Of a stretch of 64,000 bases of DNA, positions 45,567 to 54,751 are shown piece after piece. The stretch covers positions 448,339-512,338 of the forward strand of contig CAWAWS010000016.1 of assembly GCA_963785725.1 (NCBI GenBank). The letters run 5' to 3'. The stretch comes from an uncultured delta proteobacterium (GTDB taxonomy: Bacteria > Myxococcota_A > Polyangia > Palsa-1104). The notes under the pieces are model-generated. The model saw only the letters and a list, made by a program, of their open reading frames with translations, searched no databases and had not been told where the DNA came from. The position numbers and the translations under genes were made by a program. Every line of letters begins with the position of its first letter. Within the stretch, counting starts at the first letter, position 1.

Positions 45567-47090
45567 GCGACAAGAATACGAAGCCGGGGACGCCGATCGC
45601 GACGCGGCAGCTGTTGCATACGTCGCGGCCGATCTTCGAGCAGGGCGCGCCGGGCCGTTCGGGCGCGTCGCTGCCGCCGCTCGACGTGCCCGCCGTCGAC
45701 GCCGCCAAGCTGTTCGGCGGTCTGGCGCGCACCGACGCCGGCCCATCGCTGCCCGAAGTGAGCGAGGTCGAGGTCACGCGTCACTACACGCGGCTGTCGC
45801 GCTGGAACTACGCGATCGACCTCGGGCTCTACCCGCTCGGCTCGTGCACGATGAAGTACAACCCGAAGGTCAACGAGCGCGCGGCGCGCATGCCGGGATT
45901 TGCCGGCCTGCATCCGGCGCAGCCGGAGTCGACCATCGAAGGCGCGCTCGAGCTCATGTACGCGCTCGAGCGGGCGCTGTGCGAGATCGTCGGCTTTTCG
46001 CGCGTGACCTTGCAGCCGGCCGCCGGCGCGCAGGGCGAGCTCGCCGGCGTCATGATGATCCGCGCCTACCACGCCGACAAAGGGCGGCGACCGTCGAAGG
46101 TGCTCATCCCCGACTCGGCGCACGGCACGAATCCGGCGTCGGTGACGCTGAACTCGATGGAGACCGTCGGGCTCAAGACCGGCGCCGACGGACTCTTGAA
46201 CCTCGAGGCCGTGAAGCAGGCGGTGATGGCGCACAAAGACAATGTCGCCGCCATCATGATCACGAATCCGTCGACGCTCGGGCTCTTCGAGGAGCAGCTC
46301 GGCGAGATCGCGGACGTCGTGCACGAAGCGGGCGGGCTCGTGTACATGGACGGCGCCAACCTGAACGCGCTGCTCGGCAAGGTGCGTCCGGGCGAAGCGG
46401 GCGTCGACGTCATGCACATCAACCTGCACAAGACGTTCACGACGCCGCACGGCGGCGGCGGTCCGGGCTCGGGCGCGGTCGGCGTCGTCTCCAAGCTGGA
46501 GCCGTTCTTGCCCTCGCCCACCGTCGAGAAGACGGGCGACAAGCTACAAGCTCGAGTTCAATCGGCCGAAGTCGATCGGTCGGCTGCGCAGCTGGTACGG
46601 CAACTTCGGCATGTTCATTCGCGCCTACGCATACATCCGCGAGTTGGGCGGCGTGGGCCTGACGCACGCGACGGAGATGGCGGTCCTCAACGCCAACTAC
46701 ATTCGCGCCAAGCTCGCCGACCACTATTCGCTCGCGTACGACAAGCCGTCGATGCACGAGGTCGTGCTCACCGATAAGAAGCTCAAGCGCGAGACGACGG
46801 TGCAGACGCTCGACGTCGCCAAGCGGCTCATGGACTTCGGCTACCACCCGCCGACGATCTACTTCCCGCTGCCGGCGGTCACCGGCGGCGCCGGCGCGCT
46901 CATGATCGAGCCGACCGAGACGGAGACGCCGCAGACGCTCGACGCGTTCTGCGAAGCGATGGTCGCCATCGCCGAGGAAGCCAAGCGGGATCCCGAGATC
47001 GCCAAGAACGCTCCGCACGGCACCGCGCTACGCCGCCTCGACGAGACCAAGGCCGCGCGCAATCCGAAGCTCCGCTGGACCAAAGAATAA
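45563..47090 (+). CDS. gcvPB: Glycine dehydrogenase subunit 2 (frameshift near 46545)
   Basis: 'YPLGSCTMKYNP', 'AHGTNPAS', 'NLHKTFTTPHGGGGPG'; C-terminal 'MIEPTETE' in ORF 46611..47090. Confidence 0.93.
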
Positions 47091-47094
47091 TCCC

Positions 47095-47388
47095 GTGACG
47101 TTTGGGCCTTGGCGTGCGCTGCCGGCGACGAGCCCGCCGCGCACGCCCGGGCTATTGCAGGCGCGCGTCGCCGAGCTCGTCGTCTATCCGCGCGGCAAGA
47201 GCGCGATGGTCTATTACGACGGCGACGAGGATCTGGCGGTCGCGTTCGCGCGGCTGTGCGCCATCGTCCCGCCCGGCGCCGACGTGCGCGTGCGCTTCGC
47301 CGACTGTCGCGCGCCGGCAGCAGAGCTGACGCGGCGGCTCGACGACTTCGCCGCCCGCTTCGGCAGCCGCCCCGAGTGGAACCGCTGA
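47095..47388 (+). CDS. Hypothetical protein, weak resemblance to degenerate GIY-YIG folds
   Basis: Starts 4 nt after gcvPB; 'P.TPGL...VYY...FGSRPEWN'. Confidence 0.55.
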   Translation: MTFGPWRALPATSPPRTPGLLQARVAELVVYPRGKSAMVYYDGDEDLAVAFARLCAIVPPGADVRVRFADCRAPAAELTRRLDDFAARFGSRPEWNR

Positions 47389-47402
47389 AGCGTCCGGCGC
47401 AC

Positions 47403-47562
47403 TAGTCAATCCGCTTGACCATGTAGTCAAGTAAGCCGACCAATTCGCACATCGTCAAGCTGCCTGACCATTTAGTCAAGTAAGCCGACCAATTCGTACA
47501 TCGTCAAGCTGCCTGACCATGTAGTCAAGCGTGCTTGACCTTTTGGTCAACCGAATTGACTA
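47403..47562. repeat. 49-bp tandem repeat (x2.3) with TGAC-N6-GTCA palindromes, bounded by imperfect 29-bp inverted repeats
   Basis: Units start at 47416, 47465 and 47514; fourth palindrome ttgaccttttggtcaa at 47535. Confidence 0.85.
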
Positions 47563-48771
47563 ATTATACTTGTAGACCTTCAGCGAGCCGTGACCGGAGA
47601 GCTGGAAGATGAAGGCGAAGTTGAAGTGGATCTGCCCGTCCGCCTCGACGAGCTCCTTGGGCGGGTTGGGAAACGGTCCCGCCTTCTTGAACGCGCCGAT
47701 CGCTTCGTCGTCGAGGAAGTCGACGCCGCTCGACTGCATGATGGTCCAGCCGGCCAACTTTCCGTCGGGCTGCAAGTGGATGCGCAGCACCGTGACGCGA
47801 TCCTTGACGCCGTAGACGTTGCCGTTCGGATCGTGCTGCACGTAGGTCATCTCCGGATGCCACTCCTCGGCCACCGCCTTCTTGATGCGGTTGAAGAACG
47901 GCGCGTGCTTCCACTTCTTCGAGTTCAGCGCCGTGCCTTCGCCGTCGTCGACGTCCTTCAGGTAGTCCATCGAGCCGGCGCCTTTGCCGATGGCCTTGGC
48001 CAGCATCTCCTGCGTCGGCTTCAGGTCCGGCTGCGGAATCCCCGGCATACCTTGCGGCGCCTCGTTCGGCGTCGTCTTCTTCGTCCCGTCGCCGAGCTCG
48101 CCCGCCGTCTGCGGCGACGGCTGCGCCTGCGTCGGCTTGCCGTTCTGCCCCTGCCGCGGCTGCTCGCCGTCACGATCGGGCGGCGGCGGCGGCGTCTCGG
48201 CCCCGCGCGGCTGCGCTTTTTGCGGCAGCTCGCGCATCGCCAGCGGCCCCGGCCGACCGCCCTTGCCCGTCGCCTGCGCCGGCCGCGCATTCGGCGCCTG
48301 CCCCGACGGCAGCTTCGGCACGAGCGGCACCGACCCGTCGGCCGCGCCGCCATGATCGCGCCCGTACTTCTTCATCTCGTGATCGACCTTCGTGTCGAAC
48401 TCCGAGACGTAGTTGGCCTTGTCCGGCCGCTGCTCGATGAGCGGCTTGGCGACGTCGACGACCTGGCCGTGCGGATTCTTGTCCTCTTCCTCTTTCTTCT
48501 TCTCTTCCTCTTTTTTCTTCTCGGCTTCGCTCTCGACCTCGGGCTTCTGCAGCTCGTCCACGAGCGTCTCGATCTGCATCGGCTCCTCGTCCTTGGTCGA
48601 GTCGCGCGACGCCTGCGCATTGGCGAACGACGACTTCAAGTCGGTCACCGTGTCGAGCATCCCCGCCGCCTCGAACAGCATGAGCCCAAGCGCATTCACC
48701 ACGATCGCCAAGGCGAGCGCGACGGCGTAGCGGACGGCCGAGCTGTTACGGCGGGACACAGAGCACCACAC
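47560..48771 (-). CDS. TonB C-terminal domain protein
   Basis: N-terminal TM, charged/Pro-rich linker, 'SSGVDFLDDEAIGAFKKAGPFPNPP'; exact start uncertain. Confidence 0.82.
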   Translation of the reverse strand: MWCSVSRRNSSAVRYAVALALAIVVNALGLMLFEAAGMLDTVTDLKSSFANAQASRDSTKDEEPMQIETLVDELQKPEVESEAEKKKEEEKKKEEEDKNPHGQVVDVAKPLIEQRPDKANYVSEFDTKVDHEMKKYGRDHGGAADGSVPLVPKLPSGQAPNARPAQATGKGGRPGPLAMRELPQKAQPRGAETPPPPPDRDGEQPRQGQNGKPTQAQPSPQTAGELGDGTKKTTPNEAPQGMPGIPQPDLKPTQEMLAKAIGKGAGSMDYLKDVDDGEGTALNSKKWKHAPFFNRIKKAVAEEWHPEMTYVQHDPNGNVYGVKDRVTVLRIHLQPDGKLAGWTIMQSSGVDFLDDEAIGAFKKAGPFPNPPKELVEADGQIHFNFAFIFQLSGHGSLKVYKYN

Positions 48772-48800
48772 TTCATTATAGAAGCGGCAGCCGCCGTCGG

Positions 48801-50033
48801 CTACCGGATCGCCGGATTCGACCCCTCGAAGGGCGCGGTGACCTTCAGCTCAGCGCCGAACGTCGCCGGCAGCGGCTCGAACGGCGCCGCCCGCTTCACC
48901 GCCGCCAGCACGTTCTTGTCGAAGCTGGGAAAGCCCGACGCCTTCAAGACGCGGATGTCGCGCACGCTGCCGTCGCGCCGAATCGTGAAGCCGACGAGGA
49001 CATCGCCCTGCTCCATGCGCAGCGCCAATTCACGCGGGAATTCCCAGAGCGGATCGACTTTTTGTTTCACCCGCGACAAGTACAAGTCGTAGAGCCGCTG
49101 ATAGGTCGCGGCGGCCAGCGCGCGCGCGTCGGGCAGGCTGGGCGCGCCTGTCGGCACCGGCGCGACGCCGGCCGCGCGCGGCGCGTAGCCGAGCGCGCCC
49201 GCCGTTTCGCCCTTGCCGCTGGCGTCGTTGCCGGGCGAGGTCGGACGCGAAAGCTCCAGCAGCGCCGGCGCTTTTTCGTTCGAGACGAGCGCGCGATCGA
49301 CCGTGTCGGCGACGTCGTCGGACGCCTCGGCGGCATCGGTCGACGCCGGCGCGCGCGCGACGTCGGGACGCGCGAAACCGGCCGTCGTGCGCCGCGACTC
49401 GCGCGGCGGCGCGTGGTCGGGCTCGTCGCCGTCCGTCGCCAGCGCGCGATGCGCCTCGGTCGGCGGCGCGCGATCGGGCTCGTCCTGGCGCGTCGGGTCC
49501 GCCGGGCGCGCGCGCTCGTGAACGTCGGCGGCGTCGTGCCCGGCGCCGCGCGCCGACGACAGCCACGGCGACTCGGCCGCGTGCGGCGTCGCGCGCACCG
49601 CTTCGCGGCTCAGGCGGCGGTCGCTCGTCGCGATGCGCTGCATGGCGTAGCCGCGGTCGGCGTCGAACGGCTGCACCCGCAAGGAGATCGCGTCGGCGCG
49701 CTCGGTGACGAGCGTCGGCGCGCCCGTGCCGTGCCCCGACGACGCTGCCGCGGCGCCGGCCGTGGGGTCCAAGTTGGGCGCCTGCGTCGGCGCCCCCGGC
49801 TGCGCGACGTCGCGCGTAACATCGGCGGCCGTGCGCAGCTCGATGACCGTCGGCGGCTCCGCGTGCGCCGGCAGCGGCGGCTCGGGCAAGGCCAGCCAGC
49901 GCGCTTGCGCCAGCCACGGATCGGGCGTGAACGCCTCGTCGCGCGCCGCTTGCAGCCGCGGCCACACCAGCGCCAGCGCCAACAGCGCCGACGCATGCAG
50001 CGCCACGGACCAGCCGACTGCGCGCACGACCAC
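48801..50033 (-). CDS. TonB C-terminal domain protein
   Basis: 'SVALH' TM motif; 'GDVLVGFTIRRDG...ASGFPSFDKNVLAAVKRAAPF'. Confidence 0.82.
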   Translation of the reverse strand: MVVRAVGWSVALHASALLALALVWPRLQAARDEAFTPDPWLAQARWLALPEPPLPAHAEPPTVIELRTAADVTRDVAQPGAPTQAPNLDPTAGAAAASSGHGTGAPTLVTERADAISLRVQPFDADRGYAMQRIATSDRRLSREAVRATPHAAESPWLSSARGAGHDAADVHERARPADPTRQDEPDRAPPTEAHRALATDGDEPDHAPPRESRRTTAGFARPDVARAPASTDAAEASDDVADTVDRALVSNEKAPALLELSRPTSPGNDASGKGETAGALGYAPRAAGVAPVPTGAPSLPDARALAAATYQRLYDLYLSRVKQKVDPLWEFPRELALRMEQGDVLVGFTIRRDGSVRDIRVLKASGFPSFDKNVLAAVKRAAPFEPLPATFGAELKVTAPFEGSNPAIR

Positions 50034-50261
50034 GCTCGCATTATAGCAGCCGCCACAAGCCGCGCCCGCGGCCGCTGCGCGATTCGCCGTCGCTGACCGA
50101 GGTGCGCGCCGCACGCACCGACGCGCCGCTCGCACGACAGCAGCGGCGACGCCGCGTGACCTCGCCTGCGTCGATCTCGCGAAATCTCGACGTGTAGGAA
50201 CGGCCGGCGAGCGACAGCCGGCGCATCCGAGCTGCTGGTGGCGCGGGGAATTGCCGGCGAA

Positions 50262-51677
50262 TTACGCCTTGTCGTCGCCGAGCCAGTCGGTGTGGACCGG
50301 CTTGCCGTCCTTGTCGTCGCTGCGCTGGTATGTGTGCGCGCCGAACGCGTCACGCTGCGCCTGCGTCAGGTTCTGCGGCAGGTCGGCCGTGCGATAGGCG
50401 TCGTAATACGCCAGCGACGCCGACAAGGCCGGCGTCGGAATGCCGCGCGACTGCGCCAGCGCCAGCACCTGTCGCAGCGCCGCCTGCCCATCGGCCACCG
50501 ACTTGCGCACGTCGGCGTCGAGCAGCAGATTCGCCAGCTTTCCGTCGCGCTCGAAGGCCCGCATGATGTCCTCGAGCAGCCGCGCGCGAATGATGCAGCC
50601 GCCCGTCCAGATGCGCGCCATCTCCTTCAAGTTGATGTCCCAGCTCCACTCGTGCGAGCCGGCGGCGATGAGCGCCATGCCCTGCGCGTACGAGCACAGC
50701 TTGGCCGCGTACAAGGCCGGCGGCATGAGCGCGAGCAGCGTGTCGTCGGCGCCGCCCGTCATCGCCGACGGCCCCGCCAGCTGCGCCGAAGCCGCGATGC
50801 GCTCCGTCTTGAGCGCCGACATCAAGCGCGCGTCGATGGCGGCGTTGATCGTCGGAATCGGCACCGCCAAGTCGAGCGCCACCTGCGCCGACCACTTGCC
50901 GGTTCCCTTTTGCCCGGCGACGTCGAGGACATGATCGACGAGCGCGCCGCCCTTCGGATCGCGAACGCGCAACACCTTGGCCGAGAGCTCGACGAGGAAC
51001 GACTCGAGAATGCCGCCGTTCCACTTGTCGAAGATGTCGGCGATACGGCCGGCGTCGTAGCCGAACGCGCGCCGCAAGACGTCGTAGATCTCGGCGATGA
51101 GCTGCATGTCGCCGTACTCGATGCCGTTGTGCACCATCTTGACGAAGTGGCCGGCGCCGTCGGGACCGACGTAAGTGACGCACGCGCCCTGCTTCGTCTG
51201 CGCGGCGATCGCCTTGAGCGCCGGCGCCAGCGCTTCCCACGCCTGCTTCGAGCCGCCCGGCATCATCGACGGACCGCGCCGCGCGCCTTCGGAGCCGCCC
51301 GAGACGCCCATGCCGACGAAGTGCAGATCGAACGGCCGCCACGCCGCTTCCCGTCGCTGCGTATCCTTGAACCAGCTGTTGCCGCCGTCGATGACGACGT
51401 CGCCCGGCTCGAGCAGCGGCTTGAGCTTGTCGAGTGTCATGTCGACCGGTGGGCCGGCCTTGATCATCATCAACATGCGTCGCGGCCGCGGCAGCGCCTT
51501 GACCAGCTCCTGCAGCGTGTGCGTGCCGGTGACGTCGGGATGAGCGGCCACGAACTTGTCGGTCCACTCGGTCTCGAGGTTCCAGACAGCGACGGGAGTG
51601 CCGTGATCGTTGAGGTTGAGCGCCAGGTTCTCACCCATGGTGCCGAGCCCGATCATGCCGAACGTAGGCTGTGTCAT
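50262..51677 (-). CDS. gndA: NADP-dependent 6-phosphogluconate dehydrogenase
   Basis: 'GLGTMG', 'DGGNS', 'GHFVKMVHNGIEY', 'QKGTGKW', 'QRDAFGAHTY'. Confidence 0.96.
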   Translation of the reverse strand: MTQPTFGMIGLGTMGENLALNLNDHGTPVAVWNLETEWTDKFVAAHPDVTGTHTLQELVKALPRPRRMLMMIKAGPPVDMTLDKLKPLLEPGDVVIDGGNSWFKDTQRREAAWRPFDLHFVGMGVSGGSEGARRGPSMMPGGSKQAWEALAPALKAIAAQTKQGACVTYVGPDGAGHFVKMVHNGIEYGDMQLIAEIYDVLRRAFGYDAGRIADIFDKWNGGILESFLVELSAKVLRVRDPKGGALVDHVLDVAGQKGTGKWSAQVALDLAVPIPTINAAIDARLMSALKTERIAASAQLAGPSAMTGGADDTLLALMPPALYAAKLCSYAQGMALIAAGSHEWSWDINLKEMARIWTGGCIIRARLLEDIMRAFERDGKLANLLLDADVRKSVADGQAALRQVLALAQSRGIPTPALSASLAYYDAYRTADLPQNLTQAQRDAFGAHTYQRSDDKDGKPVHTDWLGDDKA

Positions 51678-51860
51678 GCGCGCCATACTACAATGCGTTC
51701 GCCCGCACGGCATGGCTCGTTGCCGCAACGTTTGTCTCCGACAGCGACGCGAGCAATTTGCACACGCCCGACGATCGCGCTGCTTTGCGCGGAATCAGCC
51801 GCGGTCGGCGACGACGAACACCGTTTCCACCGACGTGCGTTGCGTGTATAGAAGGTAGCC

Positions 51861-52382
51861 ATGCAACCGCGCCGCACGATCGAGCATGGCCCCGAGGCGG
51901 GCTGGTCGTCCGTCGCCGTCACGATTGCGCCGGCGGCCGCGGGCAAAGATGGCTTCTACCTGACGCTGTTTCCCGACGCGCGTCCACCGTCGACGATCTT
52001 CTTGCGGCCGCAACAGCTGCAGCAGATCGTCGATCTCGCGGGACAGGCGGCGGTGACCGATCAGCAGATCTGGGACGTCGTCGCCAAGATCCCGATGGAG
52101 CCGCTGCTGCCGAACCGCTCGCTCTATCCGCGGCTGCGCGCGCTGCTCGTCGACGCCGCCGGGCCGATTCGGGCGCAGATTCGCGCGCAGCTGGAGCGCC
52201 AGCCGCCGCCGCGCGAGCCGAGCACCGACGCGCTCGGCGAGTCGGCCGAGTCGGGCGCGACGTCGCCCGCCGCGGCGACGCCCGCGTTCGAGCCCGCGGC
52301 GACGGCGACGATCGTCGACTCCGACCGCCGCGACGAGCATGGGGGCGCCGGCCCCGACGACGACAGCTCCAACTACCGCTAA
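51861..52382 (+). CDS. Hypothetical protein
   Basis: Open frame with genome-typical codons and an acidic tail. Confidence 0.6.
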   Translation: MQPRRTIEHGPEAGWSSVAVTIAPAAAGKDGFYLTLFPDARPPSTIFLRPQQLQQIVDLAGQAAVTDQQIWDVVAKIPMEPLLPNRSLYPRLRALLVDAAGPIRAQIRAQLERQPPPREPSTDALGESAESGATSPAAATPAFEPAATATIVDSDRRDEHGGAGPDDDSSNYR

Positions 52383-52545
52383 GCCTCGCCAAGTCTGCAA
52401 ACTCGAAGATGAACACGGTGGGGACGCTTTTTCCCATCAGTGGGGGTTCTGTCCCCACCTCTCGCGCGAATCCTCAATGATTTTCTGAAATGCGCTTGGC
52501 AAGGCGCGTGCACTACACGTCGCACGAAGAGGGAGGGCCGTCGAC

Positions 52546-53001
52546 GTGAAGAAGATCGATTACTACGCCTCGCAGACTCCGTGGAAGATGCCGAAGTGGC
52601 TGGGCGCCGCCCTGGGCGGAATCTTTGGCGTGATCGCCATTGGCTCGGGATTATTGATCCTTCAGTTGACTCGCTCGAACACGCCACCGCCGATCGCCGC
52701 CCTCGCCGCGGCCCCGATTTCGACGCCGACGCCGGCCGTGGCGCCGCCCGCGCAGCCTGCCGCGCCGGTCGCCGTAGCCGCTCCGGCAACGGCGAGTGCG
52801 GACGAAATTCCACAGCCTGCGGACACGAAGCATCACTCGAAGAAGCACGCGTCGAAGTCCAAGAAGGCCGCCAAGCTGGCGTCGGCCAAGAAGTCGGCGC
52901 CGGCCGTGTCCAGCGCCCAGCGCGGCACGATCCTGGCCAAGCACGACACGAAGGACAAGCGTCAGCAGAAGGACGCGCTCGACAAGCTGCTCGGCCTATA
53001 A
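52546..53001 (+). CDS. Hypothetical single-TM protein with Pro/Ala linker and basic C-terminus
   Basis: GGAGG RBS, TM helix, followed by a terminator. Confidence 0.7.
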   Translation: MKKIDYYASQTPWKMPKWLGAALGGIFGVIAIGSGLLILQLTRSNTPPPIAALAAAPISTPTPAVAPPAQPAAPVAVAAPATASADEIPQPADTKHHSKKHASKSKKAAKLASAKKSAPAVSSAQRGTILAKHDTKDKRQQKDALDKLLGL

Positions 53002-53024
53002 CGCCTCGCTCCGCCCTACTTCCG

Positions 53025-53056
53025 ACGCCCGCTCGTCTCGCACGAGCGGGCGTTTT
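53025..53056 (+). terminator. Intrinsic terminator
   Basis: acgcccgctcgt-ctcgc-acgagcgggcgt followed by TTT. Confidence 0.75.
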
Positions 53057-53071
53057 ACGTTTTGGCGCCGC

Positions 53072-54742
53072 TCAGGTCTCGAGCGCGCCGGCTTTGAAGT
53101 CGCTGAACATGCCGTCGCGCACCGCCCACAACGAGGGGAACCAGGTCAGCTGCGCCGAGCGCTCGAGCAGATCCATCGGATTGCCGCGCAGCGACGACGT
53201 GCCGATGCCGATGATGCGGCGCACGACCATGATGTGCTCGCGCTTGAAGCGCTGCATCGCCGCGTCGATGTCGACCAGCGCCTCGGCGATGTACAGGAGC
53301 GGCGGATGCGTCGCCGGCTTGGCATAGAGGTCCATCAAGTCGACGTCGCGACGCGCGAGGGCGCGCTGAAACGCCGAATAGACCGCCGGCGCGATCTCGT
53401 TGAGCCGCACGAAACCGGGCGAATCGAGGCCCGAGCCTTTGCCGAGCCCCTTGCGAATGACGAGATAGGCGCCGGGCAGCATCGTCTCGAACAGCTTCAA
53501 CTGTCGCTCGAGCAGCATGCCGATCTCGCGCACGCGGCTGACGGCGTGGCGCGCGTCCTCGTAGCGATCGGCGTCGAGGTGCACGACGTATTCGCCGAGG
53601 TCGTGCACCATCATCTTCATCCACAGCTCCTCGACTTGATGCACGCTCTGGAAGAAGAGCTCGTCGGGATGGGTGCGCGACGTCGGCGGCTTCTGCAGCG
53701 ACAAGAGCTCGACCGTCCGCAAGTAGCGCTCGTACTCGGTCTCGCCTTTGCCGTAGCTGCCGTCGAACGGGTTCCGCGTCGTCGCGCCGGCGGCCGCGCT
53801 CGTCGGCGGCGGCGCCGTCGTCATCGTCATCGTCGCCTGCGTTGGCGCTGCTGCTTTCGTCTCCGCCTCGCCGCCCGACACGCCAGTCTCTTGTTCGATC
53901 GCCACTTCACCCTCGACGTAAGAAGGATACCGGAACGCATACTCGAGCTCGCGCTTGAGCCGCGCATTGGAGATCTGCCGATTGCGCACGGCGCGCCGCG
54001 GCGCCGACGGAGCCAACGACTGCACCGAGATCGGCGGCGCCACGCCCATGCGCCGCACGAGCCAGTCGGCGTATTCGCGCTGCGTCGTCGGTCGATCGTC
54101 GCCGACGCAGTAGACGGCGCCGGCCGGCGCCCGCGCGACCGACGCGCGGACGATGCCGACGATGTCATCGACGTGGACGCGCGAGAAGTGATGCGCGCCC
54201 TCGTCGATGAGCTTGTAGGTGCCGGCTTTCAGGCGCTCGCGCACGCCGCGGCCCGGGCCGTAAATCGCCGCCAAGCGCAGGATGATCGTGTGCAGGCCCG
54301 ATAGGCGCGCGACGTCGATGGCGCTCTCGTCGCCGATGCGCGCCGCCGCTTCGGGATCGGTGAGCGCGACCGACGAGTCTTCGTCGACGATCTCGCCGTC
54401 GGGGGTTTCGCCGTAGACCGCCGTCGAGCTGAAGTAGATGAAGCGCTGCGCGCCGGCCGCCGTCGCCGCTTCGCAGGCGCGGCGCAGCGGCTCACCCGAC
54501 GGACGATTGGGCAGCGGCGGGATCGAGTAGACGACGATGGGCGACGTCAGACCATAGAGCGCCGCCGAAAACGCCCGCGACTTCGTGGCATCGAACGCCT
54601 GCACCTGCACGCCATCTTGCGCGAGCGGCTCCAATCGCGCCGTGTTGCGCGCGCACACCCGCACTCGCTCGCCTGCGGTCGCGAGCGTGCGCCCGAGCCG
54701 CCCGCCCACGTAGCCGCAGCCGAGGATCGCCCAATCGGCCAT
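53072..54742 (-). CDS. Fusion of atypical SDR/NAD-dependent epimerase and tryptophan 2,3-dioxygenase-family domain
   Basis: 'ILGCGYVG', 'SSTAVYG', 'IYGPGR', 'VHVDD'; then 'YLRTVELLSLQ', 'DELFFQSVHQVEELW', 'GSGLDSPGF'. Confidence 0.82.
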   Translation of the reverse strand: MADWAILGCGYVGGRLGRTLATAGERVRVCARNTARLEPLAQDGVQVQAFDATKSRAFSAALYGLTSPIVVYSIPPLPNRPSGEPLRRACEAATAAGAQRFIYFSSTAVYGETPDGEIVDEDSSVALTDPEAAARIGDESAIDVARLSGLHTIILRLAAIYGPGRGVRERLKAGTYKLIDEGAHHFSRVHVDDIVGIVRASVARAPAGAVYCVGDDRPTTQREYADWLVRRMGVAPPISVQSLAPSAPRRAVRNRQISNARLKRELEYAFRYPSYVEGEVAIEQETGVSGGEAETKAAAPTQATMTMTTAPPPTSAAAGATTRNPFDGSYGKGETEYERYLRTVELLSLQKPPTSRTHPDELFFQSVHQVEELWMKMMVHDLGEYVVHLDADRYEDARHAVSRVREIGMLLERQLKLFETMLPGAYLVIRKGLGKGSGLDSPGFVRLNEIAPAVYSAFQRALARRDVDLMDLYAKPATHPPLLYIAEALVDIDAAMQRFKREHIMVVRRIIGIGTSSLRGNPMDLLERSAQLTWFPSLWAVRDGMFSDFKAGALET

Positions 54743-54751
54743 CCCCCTATT

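Noticed and set aside
47403..47562. CRISPR array
   Set aside because: Intervening sequences are near-identical rather than unique spacers, there are few units, and no cas genes are present
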